Below are positions 31,353 through 40,797 of a stretch of 64,000 nt of DNA, in pieces. Source of the DNA: Candidatus Bathyarchaeota archaeon. GTDB taxonomy: Archaea; Thermoproteota; Bathyarchaeia; Bathyarchaeales; Bathycorpusculaceae. Where the stretch lies: NCBI GenBank assembly GCA_963715865.1, contig OY970280.1, positions 2,112,001-2,176,000 on the forward strand, read 5' to 3'. Under the pieces are notes generated by a model. It was not told the DNA's origin. It did no database searches and worked only from the letters and a program-made list of their open reading frames with translations. The translations under genes were made by a program, and so were the position numbers. Each line of letters begins with the position of its first letter. The first letter of the stretch is position 1.

Positions 31353-31844
31353 ATGAAACTAAATACCAAAAAACTGACAATTATCGCTGTTTTTGCATCC
31401 TTATACACGGTCGGAGTAGTCTTCTTGGCACCAATAAGCTTCGGTGTCTATCAAGTAAGGTTAGCCGATGCTATGCTTCCACTATCGATGATTTTTGGAG
31501 TCCCAGGTGCATTGGGTTTTAGCTTGGGCTGCATAGTCTCTAACGTTTATGGCGGGCTTGGAATAATTGATGTTGTTGGTGGTGCAGCCGCAAATCTTGT
31601 TGCCTGCACTCTAGCTTGGTATATAGGCGGTAAGGGGCGAGGTATTCAACGATTTCTGGGAAGTATTGTAGAAACAGGAATCGTCACTTTGATAGTTGGA
31701 GGATATCTTTCACTGATATTTCAGGTTCCTGTGGAGGTCGGTCTTTTGGGAGTACTTGTTGGGTCTACAATAGCGATAAACGTTATAGGGTTTCCAATAG
31801 AAGAAGTAATTCGGCGAAGCAAAATTTTTAGAAAATACAGCTAA
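31353..31844 (+). CDS. queT: QueT-family 7-deazaguanine (queuosine precursor) transporter
   Basis: LAPISFGVYQVRLADA, GCIVSN and GIIDVVGG match the QueT signature (ISFGxxQxRxxE...GCxIAN...GxxDxxxG). Confidence 0.88.
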   Translation: MKLNTKKLTIIAVFASLYTVGVVFLAPISFGVYQVRLADAMLPLSMIFGVPGALGFSLGCIVSNVYGGLGIIDVVGGAAANLVACTLAWYIGGKGRGIQRFLGSIVETGIVTLIVGGYLSLIFQVPVEVGLLGVLVGSTIAINVIGFPIEEVIRRSKIFRKYS

Positions 31845-31896
31845 GATTAAGCAAAAAGTATTTATCAACGCAAGATGCTTAATTTAAGCTTTAACT

Positions 31897-31933
31897 GATA
31901 TCGGTATTTCGATATCGGTTAGGCGGCGATATC
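31897..31933. promoter_or_regulatory. Putative PadR operator
   Basis: GATATCG-N6-CGATATC inverted repeat (31897-31916) plus a third CGATATC at 31927-31933 just before the padR start. Confidence 0.6.
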
Positions 31934-31935
31934 AA

Positions 31936-32367
31936 ATGTGGGGTCATGAACATAAATGGAAGTATTTCAGGAAAGGAGGACTCAGAATGTGGGTTCTCTC
32001 CATACTTCAGCAGTCACCAAGAAATGGCGCTGAAATAATGGATCAAATTGAAATAGCCACTCAAGGTTGGTGGAGACCGTCCCCAGGCTCTGTTTACCCA
32101 TTGCTTGAAGAGTTGCAAAAAGAGGGAAACATCAAAAAACTCGAAGACGGCAGGTATGAAATCACAGAAAAAGGCAAGCAAGAATTCGAGTGGCCATGGG
32201 GCATGCCAAAAAAGCAATCACACACCGTGGACGAAGTCATAGCGGAGATAAATGTTTACGTTTCGTATCTTGAAGACCTTGCCAAATCAGACAATTCCAA
32301 ACTTGCTCCGTTCTCACAGAAGATCAAAGAATTACAGGCAAGACTCTCAAAAATCGGGACAGGTTGA
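31936..32367 (+). CDS. PadR-family transcriptional regulator
   Basis: WRPSPGSVYPLLEELQKEG, YEITEKG. Confidence 0.92.
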   Translation: MWGHEHKWKYFRKGGLRMWVLSILQQSPRNGAEIMDQIEIATQGWWRPSPGSVYPLLEELQKEGNIKKLEDGRYEITEKGKQEFEWPWGMPKKQSHTVDEVIAEINVYVSYLEDLAKSDNSKLAPFSQKIKELQARLSKIGTG

Positions 32368-32373
32368 TCCAAC

Positions 32374-33402
32374 ATGACTGCAACGCAAGTAGGAACTCCG
32401 TTGTCTTCGGCCATTGTGAAGGTCGAAAAACTCTCAAAAACCTTCGGCAATTTGAAAGCCGTTGACAACGTTAGCTTCGAGATCAAAGAAGGAGAAATTT
32501 TCGGCTTACTCGGCCCCAATGGAGCTGGCAAGACCACCACTATAAACATGCTTACTACTCTGCTCAAGCCTACTTCTGGAGACGCGAAAGTTTGTGGCTT
32601 CAACATACTCAAACAGGCAAACGAAGTGCGAAGAAACGTCGGAGTTGTGCCGCAAGAGTACACAGCTGATGAAGACATGACAGGAAAAAACAACATCCTT
32701 CTCTGCGCCGATCTCTACGGCATACCCAGAAGTGATTCAAAACCACATGCAGAAGAGCTGCTAAAACTGGTGGAGCTTCAAGACGCTGCAAACAAAAAGG
32801 TCAGCACATACTCGGGAGGAATGCGCAGGAGACTGGAGCTCGCATGCGGTTTGATCAATTATCCGAGACTGTTGTTCTTGGATGAACCAACGCTTGGCCT
32901 TGACGTTCAAACACGCACCGCAGTCTGGAAATACATAAAAACGCTGAAAGAGGAATATCGCATGACTCTTTTAATGACAACTCACTACCTCGAAGAAGCT
33001 GACTCGCTTTGCGATAGAATAGCGATAATCGATCACGGCCACATCATAAAAATTGGTTCACCCGAAGAGCTAAAGGAAAGCGTCGGAGGGGACGTAATTA
33101 TTATAGTCATCAAGGAACTGGAGCCGGATATTTCATCCGATATTGCACAGATAAAGTTGGTAAAAGACGTTAAGAAAAACAATAACACTTACCGCATCAA
33201 GGCGGAGCTTGGAGAGGAAGCCTCGCCACAGATCACGGATCTAATTCGATCCAAGGGGCTTCACGTAACGAGAGTCTCGTTAACAAAGCCAACCTTGGAC
33301 GAGGCATACCTAGAATTTACAGGGCGCAGCCTAAGGGAAGAAGAAGTTGACAAGCTCCAGATGTTTCGTCAACGTGTGACTATAAGGAGAGCAAGATCGT
33401 AG
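32374..33402 (+). CDS. ABC exporter ATP-binding subunit (DrrA-like)
   Basis: GPNGAGKTT, YSGGMRRRL, DEPTLGLD, TTHYLEEAD, PTLDEAYL. Confidence 0.93.
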   Translation: MTATQVGTPLSSAIVKVEKLSKTFGNLKAVDNVSFEIKEGEIFGLLGPNGAGKTTTINMLTTLLKPTSGDAKVCGFNILKQANEVRRNVGVVPQEYTADEDMTGKNNILLCADLYGIPRSDSKPHAEELLKLVELQDAANKKVSTYSGGMRRRLELACGLINYPRLLFLDEPTLGLDVQTRTAVWKYIKTLKEEYRMTLLMTTHYLEEADSLCDRIAIIDHGHIIKIGSPEELKESVGGDVIIIVIKELEPDISSDIAQIKLVKDVKKNNNTYRIKAELGEEASPQITDLIRSKGLHVTRVSLTKPTLDEAYLEFTGRSLREEEVDKLQMFRQRVTIRRARS

Positions 33403-33414
33403 AAGTGAAAAGCC

Positions 33415-34350
33415 ATGGACAAGACTGAATCAAAAAAAGAAATGCCATTAGAAGGTCCCACTGTTCAAGAAAAACAAACCGAAGTTTCTGCAGGGAAAGA
33501 CAGAACATTAAGAACCCCTCCGAAGCTTAACAGGAGTCCCCTGCATGGTTTATGGGCGCTAACAAACAGAGACTTGAGAAAGTGGTACACTAACCCAGTC
33601 CAGCTCATTGTGTCGTTAATCCAACCGATAGTCTGGCTAGGGCTGTTCGGGAAAGCCTTGAACTTTGGGTCTTTCATTTCCGGCTCAGGAGCCTCACCAG
33701 CACAACAAAACGCGATTTTGCAGAGTTTTTTCGGCACAACCAGCTACTTTTCATTTTTGGCTTGTGGAATGCTTGCCTTCATAGTCCTCTTTACTTCTGC
33801 GTTCAGCGGAATGTCGGTCGTTTTTGACCGCAGGTTTGGTTTCCTAAACAAGGCATTAAGCACACCAGTGGCACGCGGATCGATCGTAATGGGCAAAATC
33901 CTGCAAAGCGTTGGCAGGTCACTGGTTCAAGCCGCCATAATCCTGGTCATCGCGGTGCTGCTAGGGATGGACACAACTCATTTCACCGTCCCCGGAATTG
34001 CGGGAACATTCGTCGTCATTTTCCTCATGGGCATGGGATTATCCGCGCTGTTCACCATGCTCGCATTAAGGTCAGCTGATTGGCAGACTCAAATGGCGAT
34101 AATCAACCTGATTAACCTCCCGTTGCTATTCGCAAGCAACGCACTGTTCCCGACAAAAATAATGCCAACATGGCTTCAAGACGTCGTAAAGGTCAACCCA
34201 GTCAGTTACGCTAATGACGCGACAAGGCAACTTTTGATAGGCGCGACGGGCATGAACAATCTTCTAGTAGACTTTGCGATCCTCATCGGGTTTGCGGCAA
34301 TACTGTCTGCAGTCGGAATCGTCCTCTCTTGGAAACTCCTCGCCAAATAA
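33415..34350 (+). CDS. ABC-2 exporter permease (DrrB-like)
   Basis: LIQPIVWL, DRRFGFL, ASNALFP, NPVSYA. Confidence 0.9.
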   Translation: MDKTESKKEMPLEGPTVQEKQTEVSAGKDRTLRTPPKLNRSPLHGLWALTNRDLRKWYTNPVQLIVSLIQPIVWLGLFGKALNFGSFISGSGASPAQQNAILQSFFGTTSYFSFLACGMLAFIVLFTSAFSGMSVVFDRRFGFLNKALSTPVARGSIVMGKILQSVGRSLVQAAIILVIAVLLGMDTTHFTVPGIAGTFVVIFLMGMGLSALFTMLALRSADWQTQMAIINLINLPLLFASNALFPTKIMPTWLQDVVKVNPVSYANDATRQLLIGATGMNNLLVDFAILIGFAAILSAVGIVLSWKLLAK

Positions 34351-34372
34351 ACCTATAAAAAAGGATGTTAAG

Positions 34373-34912
34373 TTGACAGAAAAATCAGTAAAGAACAATA
34401 ATCCAATTTGGATAGCCCGAGATCTCGCAAGATGCAGCGGGTGTCGAAAATGCGAAATCGCCTGCTCTCTAAGTCACGAAAACAGAATCTGGCCTGAAGC
34501 ATCTAGAGTCCATGTGTTCATGCTGGTTCCAGGCACAGAATTTCCCCACTTATGCACGCAATGTGAAGATTATCCTTGCGTTGAAGCTTGCCCATTCAAA
34601 GCTCTTGCCGTAAACAAGGGTACCAGCGCCGTCACCGTTAACGTGGAGAAGTGCACGGGTTGCGGTAAATGCATAGATGCCTGCCCTGGGAAAGTACCGC
34701 ATGTTCACCCGCAAACTAAGAAGATTTTGATCTGTGACCTGTGCGGTGGCGATCCGAAGTGCGCCAAAGTTTGCCAGGAAGGAGGCTGGAACTGCTTAAG
34801 AGTTGTTGAGCGAGAGGATCATGAGTTTAAGCTTTATGCACGTGCTCCTGAGGAGACTGCTAGAAACCTTGCGATTAAGCTGTACGGCGAGAAAGCGGAG
34901 GAGTTTCTCTAA
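34373..34912 (+). CDS. Multi-[4Fe-4S] ferredoxin-like subunit (DmsB/HycB type)
   Basis: CSGCRKCEIAC, CTQCEDYPCVEAC, CTGCGKCIDACP, CDLCGGDPKCAKVC. Confidence 0.92.
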   Translation: MTEKSVKNNNPIWIARDLARCSGCRKCEIACSLSHENRIWPEASRVHVFMLVPGTEFPHLCTQCEDYPCVEACPFKALAVNKGTSAVTVNVEKCTGCGKCIDACPGKVPHVHPQTKKILICDLCGGDPKCAKVCQEGGWNCLRVVEREDHEFKLYARAPEETARNLAIKLYGEKAEEFL

Positions 34913-36789
34913 TGCTAGGTTACGCTGGAAAATTCTTGGAAGTTGACCTTTCAAATCTAAGCTTCAAAAACACTACGCTTCCTGAAGAGTGGCTTAAAGA
35001 CTATATCGGCGGCAGAGCGCTAGCTGCAAAAATCCTAAGTGAAAGACTCATTCACAAATGGGAAAACGTGGACCCACTTGGACCGGAAAATATCCTGCTG
35101 TTTCTGCCTGGACCTTTCACGGGATATTTCCCAGGCGGCAGAACCTGCGTTACAGGCAAATCACCTCAAAGCAACGGTGTGGTGGGCTCCACGGTTGGTG
35201 GCGAGTTCGGCGTAGAACTTCGATGTGCAGGTTACGACGGCATAATCGTGTTGGGCAAAGCTGAGAAGCCAGTTTACTTGTTCATTAAGGATTCCGATGT
35301 GGAGTTGAGGGATGCCAGCGGCGTCTGGGGCAAAGACGCTAAACAAACCGATGCTTTGTTGAACCGGGAATGCCGACGGTTGTTGGCTGAGCGTTATCCG
35401 CATGTGGGTGTTTGGAAGGAGCCTGCTAAACTGTACATTGGACCAGCGGGTGAACGGAAAGTTCGGACCTCGGTGGTTGTGGCTAAGTGGACTCATGCGG
35501 CGGGTTACGGTGGATACGGTGCGGTTATGGGGTCAAAAAACCTTAAAGCAGTCGCCGTTAAAGGCACGGGACCCTTGCCTGAAGTGGCGGATTTGGAGAA
35601 AATCAAGCTGATGATTGATGAAGTCTGCAGAGGCTCATACCGTAACGTGTTGTGGCGCAGGTGGGGAACCGGCGGGGGCGGCTACAGTTTCGGCGCAGAA
35701 ACCAGTTCTGAGCCTGTTCGCAATTGGCAAGAAGAGTGGCATGACCAGAAAAGCTACGGCGTGGACCAGTTTGAGAACAAGGTTTGGGTAAAACCTGCAT
35801 GGAGCGATTTCGGTTGCCCCACAAACTGCTTGAAAATTAGCTGCATCCGTGCAGGCAAGTACAAAGGCGCTATAACTGATAATCCTGATTACGAGCTGCA
35901 AGCTTTTCTAGGTCCCAATTTGGGTTTGTTTACGCCTGAAGAGAACGTATACTTGTCCTCGCTTGTTGAAGATTTAGGCATGTGCGGCATTCAAGCTGGC
36001 AGCGTCTTGGGTTTTGCGGCTGAACTGTTCCAACGCGGTATCCTAACCAAGGCTGACATGGATGGTTTAGAGTTGAAATGGGGCGACGCCGACGCTTTTG
36101 CTGCATTGGCAAAGAAAATTGCCCTAAGAGAAGGCATAGGCGACTTGCTTGCAGAAGGCACATACCGTGCAGCACTTAAGCTTGGAAAGTTGAAAGGCAA
36201 AAACCTTCTGCCTTACGCTGTAACTAGCAAAGGCATCAGTATAGGCGCGCACGGCATCCGAAGCGGAAGAGACTTCTCGCGGGAAATAGGCTTCGCCTGC
36301 AGCGTGCAGGGTGGCGACCACTCATCCATGACTGACTTGCCCATTGACGGGTGGGGCAGCGAGATTTGGCAAATATTCAATGATTCAGCAGTATTGTGCA
36401 TTTTCACTTCGTTCAGTTTAACTCCAAAATTCAGATACGAATTCTACAATGCAATCACAGGACAAAGCCTCAGTCGCAAGGGATGGCTGAACGGCGGCGG
36501 ATTGAAAACGCTGCAGATACAGCGGGCTCTTCTGCTTCTCGGCGGACCAGATTTGAAGTGGAACCCGAAAGTTGACGATGATAACCCAGCGAGGTTCTAT
36601 GAGCCGTTGCCAACGGGACCCTGCAAGGGACAAGCCGCTGACAGGACAAGCGTTAAACAGAAAGTGCGGCAGTACTACGAGCAAGCAGGCTGGGACCAAA
36701 ACGGCGTACCTGCATCGGCAATTCTGGCTAAACTGGAACTAGAATATGTTGATCAGAGTTTGAGCAGGCTACAATACAGAGTATCGTAG
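34912..36789 (+). CDS. aor: Tungsten-dependent aldehyde:ferredoxin oxidoreductase family large subunit
   Basis: YIGGRALA, KSPQS, GAVMGSKNLKAV, GCPTNC, YYEQAGWDQNGVP. Confidence 0.9.
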   Translation: MLGYAGKFLEVDLSNLSFKNTTLPEEWLKDYIGGRALAAKILSERLIHKWENVDPLGPENILLFLPGPFTGYFPGGRTCVTGKSPQSNGVVGSTVGGEFGVELRCAGYDGIIVLGKAEKPVYLFIKDSDVELRDASGVWGKDAKQTDALLNRECRRLLAERYPHVGVWKEPAKLYIGPAGERKVRTSVVVAKWTHAAGYGGYGAVMGSKNLKAVAVKGTGPLPEVADLEKIKLMIDEVCRGSYRNVLWRRWGTGGGGYSFGAETSSEPVRNWQEEWHDQKSYGVDQFENKVWVKPAWSDFGCPTNCLKISCIRAGKYKGAITDNPDYELQAFLGPNLGLFTPEENVYLSSLVEDLGMCGIQAGSVLGFAAELFQRGILTKADMDGLELKWGDADAFAALAKKIALREGIGDLLAEGTYRAALKLGKLKGKNLLPYAVTSKGISIGAHGIRSGRDFSREIGFACSVQGGDHSSMTDLPIDGWGSEIWQIFNDSAVLCIFTSFSLTPKFRYEFYNAITGQSLSRKGWLNGGGLKTLQIQRALLLLGGPDLKWNPKVDDDNPARFYEPLPTGPCKGQAADRTSVKQKVRQYYEQAGWDQNGVPASAILAKLELEYVDQSLSRLQYRVS

Positions 36790-36891
36790 TAGTTTAGCCA
36801 AACATTATCAAAAAATCTTCAACGTTCTCCACAATTTTTTTGCCTGCGTTTTTTAAAAAAATTCTATATACTTTAAATCGAAGCGTACGCA

Positions 36892-39800
36892 ATGAATTTA
36901 GACAAAGTAATGGAGAGATTAAAATTAACCCACGAGAATGCTGGCAGTTTAAGGAGGTTTGGCGTAAGCCTCGTTGGTTCTGTTCCTTGGGGAACGCATC
37001 TTTGCCAGTTTTACGAGTCAAAACAAGACCTCATTGACATTTTGGTTCCCTATTTTACTGAGGGCTTGCGCAGTAACGAGTTTTGCATGTGGATAACTTC
37101 GCCGCCTCTTGAAGTAGAAGAAGCAAGAGAAGCGCTTCAAAAAGCTGTTCCCGATTTGGATGAATACTTCAAGAAAGGGCAAATTGAGATAACCTCTTAC
37201 AACAACTGGTACTTGTTGGAAGGCAAGTTTGATTCAAACAGAGTCCTGCAGGGCTGGGTAGAAAAAGAGAAATTAGCACTGAAACGCGGCTTCGAGGGAA
37301 TGCGGCTCACAGGAAACACCTTTTGGATTGAACGCGAACTCTGGAACAGTTTTGTCGATTATGAAGAAGCAATAAACTCAGTCGTTGGACAACACCGTAT
37401 GATTGCCTTGTGCACTTACTGCCTAAAGAAATGCAACGGCACAGACATTCTCGATGTGATACGCAACCATGCGGGCACCCTGATAAAGCAGGGCGACAAG
37501 TGGAGTTTGGTTGAAGATGTTTTGCACCACAAGAAGACCGAAGAGGCGCTCAAAGTAAGAGAGCAGGATTACCTCTCTTTGTTCTCAAATATTATGGATG
37601 GCTTTGCTTACTGCAAAATGTTATTTGACCAGCACGGCAAACCAGTTGACTTCATTTACCTACAAATCAATGACGCCTTTGAAAGAATAACTGGGCTGAA
37701 AAGAGAGCTTGTGGTTGGAAGAAAGGTTACTGAAGCGATACCAGGAACCGAAAAAATCCATCCTGAATTGTTAGAAATTTACGGTAGAGTTGCCAAAACT
37801 GGGAAAAACGAAAAATTTGAAGTCTTCTTTAAGCCTCTAAGCTTATGGCTATCCATTTCTGTATACAGCCCACAAAAAGGCTATTTTGCCGCTGTATTTG
37901 AAGACATTACAGAACGCAAGCACGCCGAGCAGGAGCTTTGGCAGGCAAAGAACGATTGGGAACGCACCTTCGACGCCGTTCCAGACTTGATAGCAGTACT
38001 AGATAACAAGCATAGAATCGTGCGAGCCAACCGAGCTATGGCAGAGCAACTAGGAGTTACGCCGCAACAAGCCATCGGACTAAGCTGCTACAAATGTGTA
38101 CACGGCTCGAGCCTTCCACCAGAGTTCTGTCCTCACGTCAAAACCCTACAGGACGGCAAAGAACACATTGCAGAGGTTCATGAACCCCGCCTCGGAGGCG
38201 ACTTCTTAGTAAGTACGACCCCTCTCAGAGATGAACAGGGACGGATGATTGGTTCGGTGCATGTTGCCAGAAACATCACTGAGCGCAAACAAAACGAAGA
38301 GAAGCTTCGCAAGCTTAACCGCACCCTCAGAGCCATCAGTAACAGCAACCAAGCCCTCATGCGCGCCACGGATGAAGCATCATTTCTGCAAGAAGCATGC
38401 AGGATAATTGCGGAAGATTGCGGCTATAAGATGGTGTGGGTAGGATTAGCTGAGGACGACGAAGCTAAATCGGTTCGACCCGTTGCTTACGCTGGTTTCG
38501 AAAAAGGTTACCTTGACGCATTGAAAATTACTTGGTCAGACACAGAACGGGGACGTGGCCCCACAGGAAGGGCGATTAGCACCGGCCAGCCGCAGTTCTG
38601 CCAGAACATGCAAGCTGACCCAACGTTTAAGCCGTGGCGGGAAGAAGCACTCAAACGAGGCTACGCCTCATCTATCGCTTTGCCTCTAAAATCGGGCAAC
38701 AAAGTCTTCGGCGCCTTAACCATGTATTCTACAGAACCTAGCGCTTGTTCAGCAGATGAAGTTAAGCTACTAACCGAATTGGCAAATGACTTTGCGCATG
38801 GAATAATGATGCTTCACCTGCGCGCGGAAAAGGAGCGCTCGGAAGCTGAAATACGAAAGCAAGCAGCTCTAATCAACTTAAGTCCAGACGGCATCATTGT
38901 TCGAGAGTTGGAAGGCACTATAACCTTCTGGAGCAAAGGCGCCGAAAAACTGTACGGTTGGACAAAAGAAGAGGCCACCGGACAAAGTGCACACAAACTT
39001 TTAAAAACGAAATTCCCTGAACCATACGAAAGCATAATTGCAAAGCTTAAACAGACCGGGAAGTGGTCTGGAGAACTAATTCACACAGCCAAAACAGGAA
39101 GACGACTGACAGTTCAAAGCTGGTGGCAACCAAAACTTGACCAACATGGCGAAATCGTGGAACTCATGGAATCAAACGTGGACATTACTGAACGCAATAA
39201 GGCAGAGAATGAGCTTCGAGAAACACGAGATTATCTTGAGAGCCTGCTAAATTATGCTAACGCGCCTGTAATAGTGTGGGACCCACAATTTAGAATAACA
39301 TTATTCAATCACGCATTCGAACGACTGACAGGTCTAAACGCTTATGATGTGATAGAAAAACCCTTGGAAATACTGTTCCCAGAAGATAAGAAAGGAGAGG
39401 CAATGGCACATATTAAGCGCACACTTGAGGGTGAATATTGGGAGACAGTGGAAATTCCAATCCTCGATGTTGATGGAAACGTGAAAACAGTGCTGTGGAA
39501 TTCAGCCAACATCTACGATCCAAACGGCAAAGCGATTGTAGCTACAATCGCTCAAGGACACGATATTACCGTGCGCAAACAGATGGAAAAGAAGCTTGAA
39601 GAATACTCAAAGCACCTGGAGCAATTGGTTGAAGAACGCACAAAGCAACTGAGGGATTCAGAGAGACTTGCAACTATTGGCGCAACTGCAGGTATGGTTG
39701 GGCATGATATTCGCAATCCACTGCAAGCTATTATTGGCGATATCTTTTTGGCAAAAACAGATTTGTCTTCCCTCACTGACAGCGAACAAAAAACCTCAGT

Positions 39801-40350
39801 TCAAGAGAGCTTATTTGAAATTGAAAAGAACGTTGAGTACATTAACAAGATCGTGGCTGACCTTCAAGACTTCGCCAAACCGCTCAATCCCACTGTTATG
39901 GAGATTGACTTAAAGCGTATAATTGATGAAGTGGTAAGTAACCGTAGGATTCCAGGAAACATCCAAGCTTTCATAAAGGTTGAAAAGAACGCTGAAAGAA
40001 TTGTTGCAGATTCAGCCTATGTTCAGCGTATTCTAAGTAACTTGGTGAACAACGCTGTTCAAGCCATGCCAAACGGCGGAAAACTAACTGTACACTCATA
40101 TTGCGAAGGAAAAGACAATGTTATAACCGTTGAAGACACTGGCGTAGGCATACCTGAAGAAGCCAAAAGCAAACTGTTCACACCATTATTCACAACAAAA
40201 CCGAAAGGCCAAGGCTTCGGCTTAGCCGTGGTCAAACGCATGACAGAAGCATTAGGCGGCACAGTAACCTTCGAAAGCCAAGCAGATAACGGAACAAAGT
40301 TCATCGTTCGCTTACCTAAAAGAACAAACGGTAAGCAAGCATCCAAATAG
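36892..40350 (+). CDS. Sensor histidine kinase: MEDS-PAS-PAS-GAF-PAS-PAS-HisKA-HATPase_c
   Basis: WGTHLCQFY...MRLTG (MEDS); RNITER/DITER PAS ends; GRGPTGRA GAF; GHDIRNPL H-box; NLVNNA, DTGVGI, GQGFGL. Confidence 0.93.
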   Translation: MNLDKVMERLKLTHENAGSLRRFGVSLVGSVPWGTHLCQFYESKQDLIDILVPYFTEGLRSNEFCMWITSPPLEVEEAREALQKAVPDLDEYFKKGQIEITSYNNWYLLEGKFDSNRVLQGWVEKEKLALKRGFEGMRLTGNTFWIERELWNSFVDYEEAINSVVGQHRMIALCTYCLKKCNGTDILDVIRNHAGTLIKQGDKWSLVEDVLHHKKTEEALKVREQDYLSLFSNIMDGFAYCKMLFDQHGKPVDFIYLQINDAFERITGLKRELVVGRKVTEAIPGTEKIHPELLEIYGRVAKTGKNEKFEVFFKPLSLWLSISVYSPQKGYFAAVFEDITERKHAEQELWQAKNDWERTFDAVPDLIAVLDNKHRIVRANRAMAEQLGVTPQQAIGLSCYKCVHGSSLPPEFCPHVKTLQDGKEHIAEVHEPRLGGDFLVSTTPLRDEQGRMIGSVHVARNITERKQNEEKLRKLNRTLRAISNSNQALMRATDEASFLQEACRIIAEDCGYKMVWVGLAEDDEAKSVRPVAYAGFEKGYLDALKITWSDTERGRGPTGRAISTGQPQFCQNMQADPTFKPWREEALKRGYASSIALPLKSGNKVFGALTMYSTEPSACSADEVKLLTELANDFAHGIMMLHLRAEKERSEAEIRKQAALINLSPDGIIVRELEGTITFWSKGAEKLYGWTKEEATGQSAHKLLKTKFPEPYESIIAKLKQTGKWSGELIHTAKTGRRLTVQSWWQPKLDQHGEIVELMESNVDITERNKAENELRETRDYLESLLNYANAPVIVWDPQFRITLFNHAFERLTGLNAYDVIEKPLEILFPEDKKGEAMAHIKRTLEGEYWETVEIPILDVDGNVKTVLWNSANIYDPNGKAIVATIAQGHDITVRKQMEKKLEEYSKHLEQLVEERTKQLRDSERLATIGATAGMVGHDIRNPLQAIIGDIFLAKTDLSSLTDSEQKTSVQESLFEIEKNVEYINKIVADLQDFAKPLNPTVMEIDLKRIIDEVVSNRRIPGNIQAFIKVEKNAERIVADSAYVQRILSNLVNNAVQAMPNGGKLTVHSYCEGKDNVITVEDTGVGIPEEAKSKLFTPLFTTKPKGQGFGLAVVKRMTEALGGTVTFESQADNGTKFIVRLPKRTNGKQASK

Positions 40351-40360
40351 CTCAGCGCTT

Positions 40361-40648
40361 TTAACCCATAATGGTTGGGTGCGCATCTTCTTCATTAATG
40401 TGATGCATAACATGAATAGCTAACCCAGTGGCAGCACCTGCAGAAAGACCCAAAAGCAAATTATTAAGCCACGCATACTGCCCAACCAACCCCAAAACTA
40501 CAAGCACATCAAAAACCAATGCAACTGCCAGGTAGCCAACGCACCACATTTTTACGCTCATGCCTCTAGGCTTGTTTATGCCAATACCTCCTAGCATGCC
40601 AAGCATGACTAAAAAGCCTACTAGAGCGTAGATCCAATCGTAATTCAA
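40361..40648 (-). CDS. Small three-TM membrane protein
   Basis: Three hydrophobic segments. Confidence 0.65.
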   Translation of the reverse strand: MNYDWIYALVGFLVMLGMLGGIGINKPRGMSVKMWCVGYLAVALVFDVLVVLGLVGQYAWLNNLLLGLSAGAATGLAIHVMHHINEEDAHPTIMG

Positions 40649-40797
40649 ACTTTTTCACCTGTTAGTCTGGCTATGTTCATTTTGAGCTTAATTAGTTTAT
40701 CTAATACACGCATTCGTTAAAGATGCATTATTGTTAAGCAGAGTACATACCGTTAACTTTTTTTACTTTCAATCTAGAATCATAACAACCCAAGGAG

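Noticed and set aside
29236-36900. Integrated mobile element at tRNA-Ser
   Set aside because: No integrase or transposase and no duplicated tRNA 3' end (att) seen in the window
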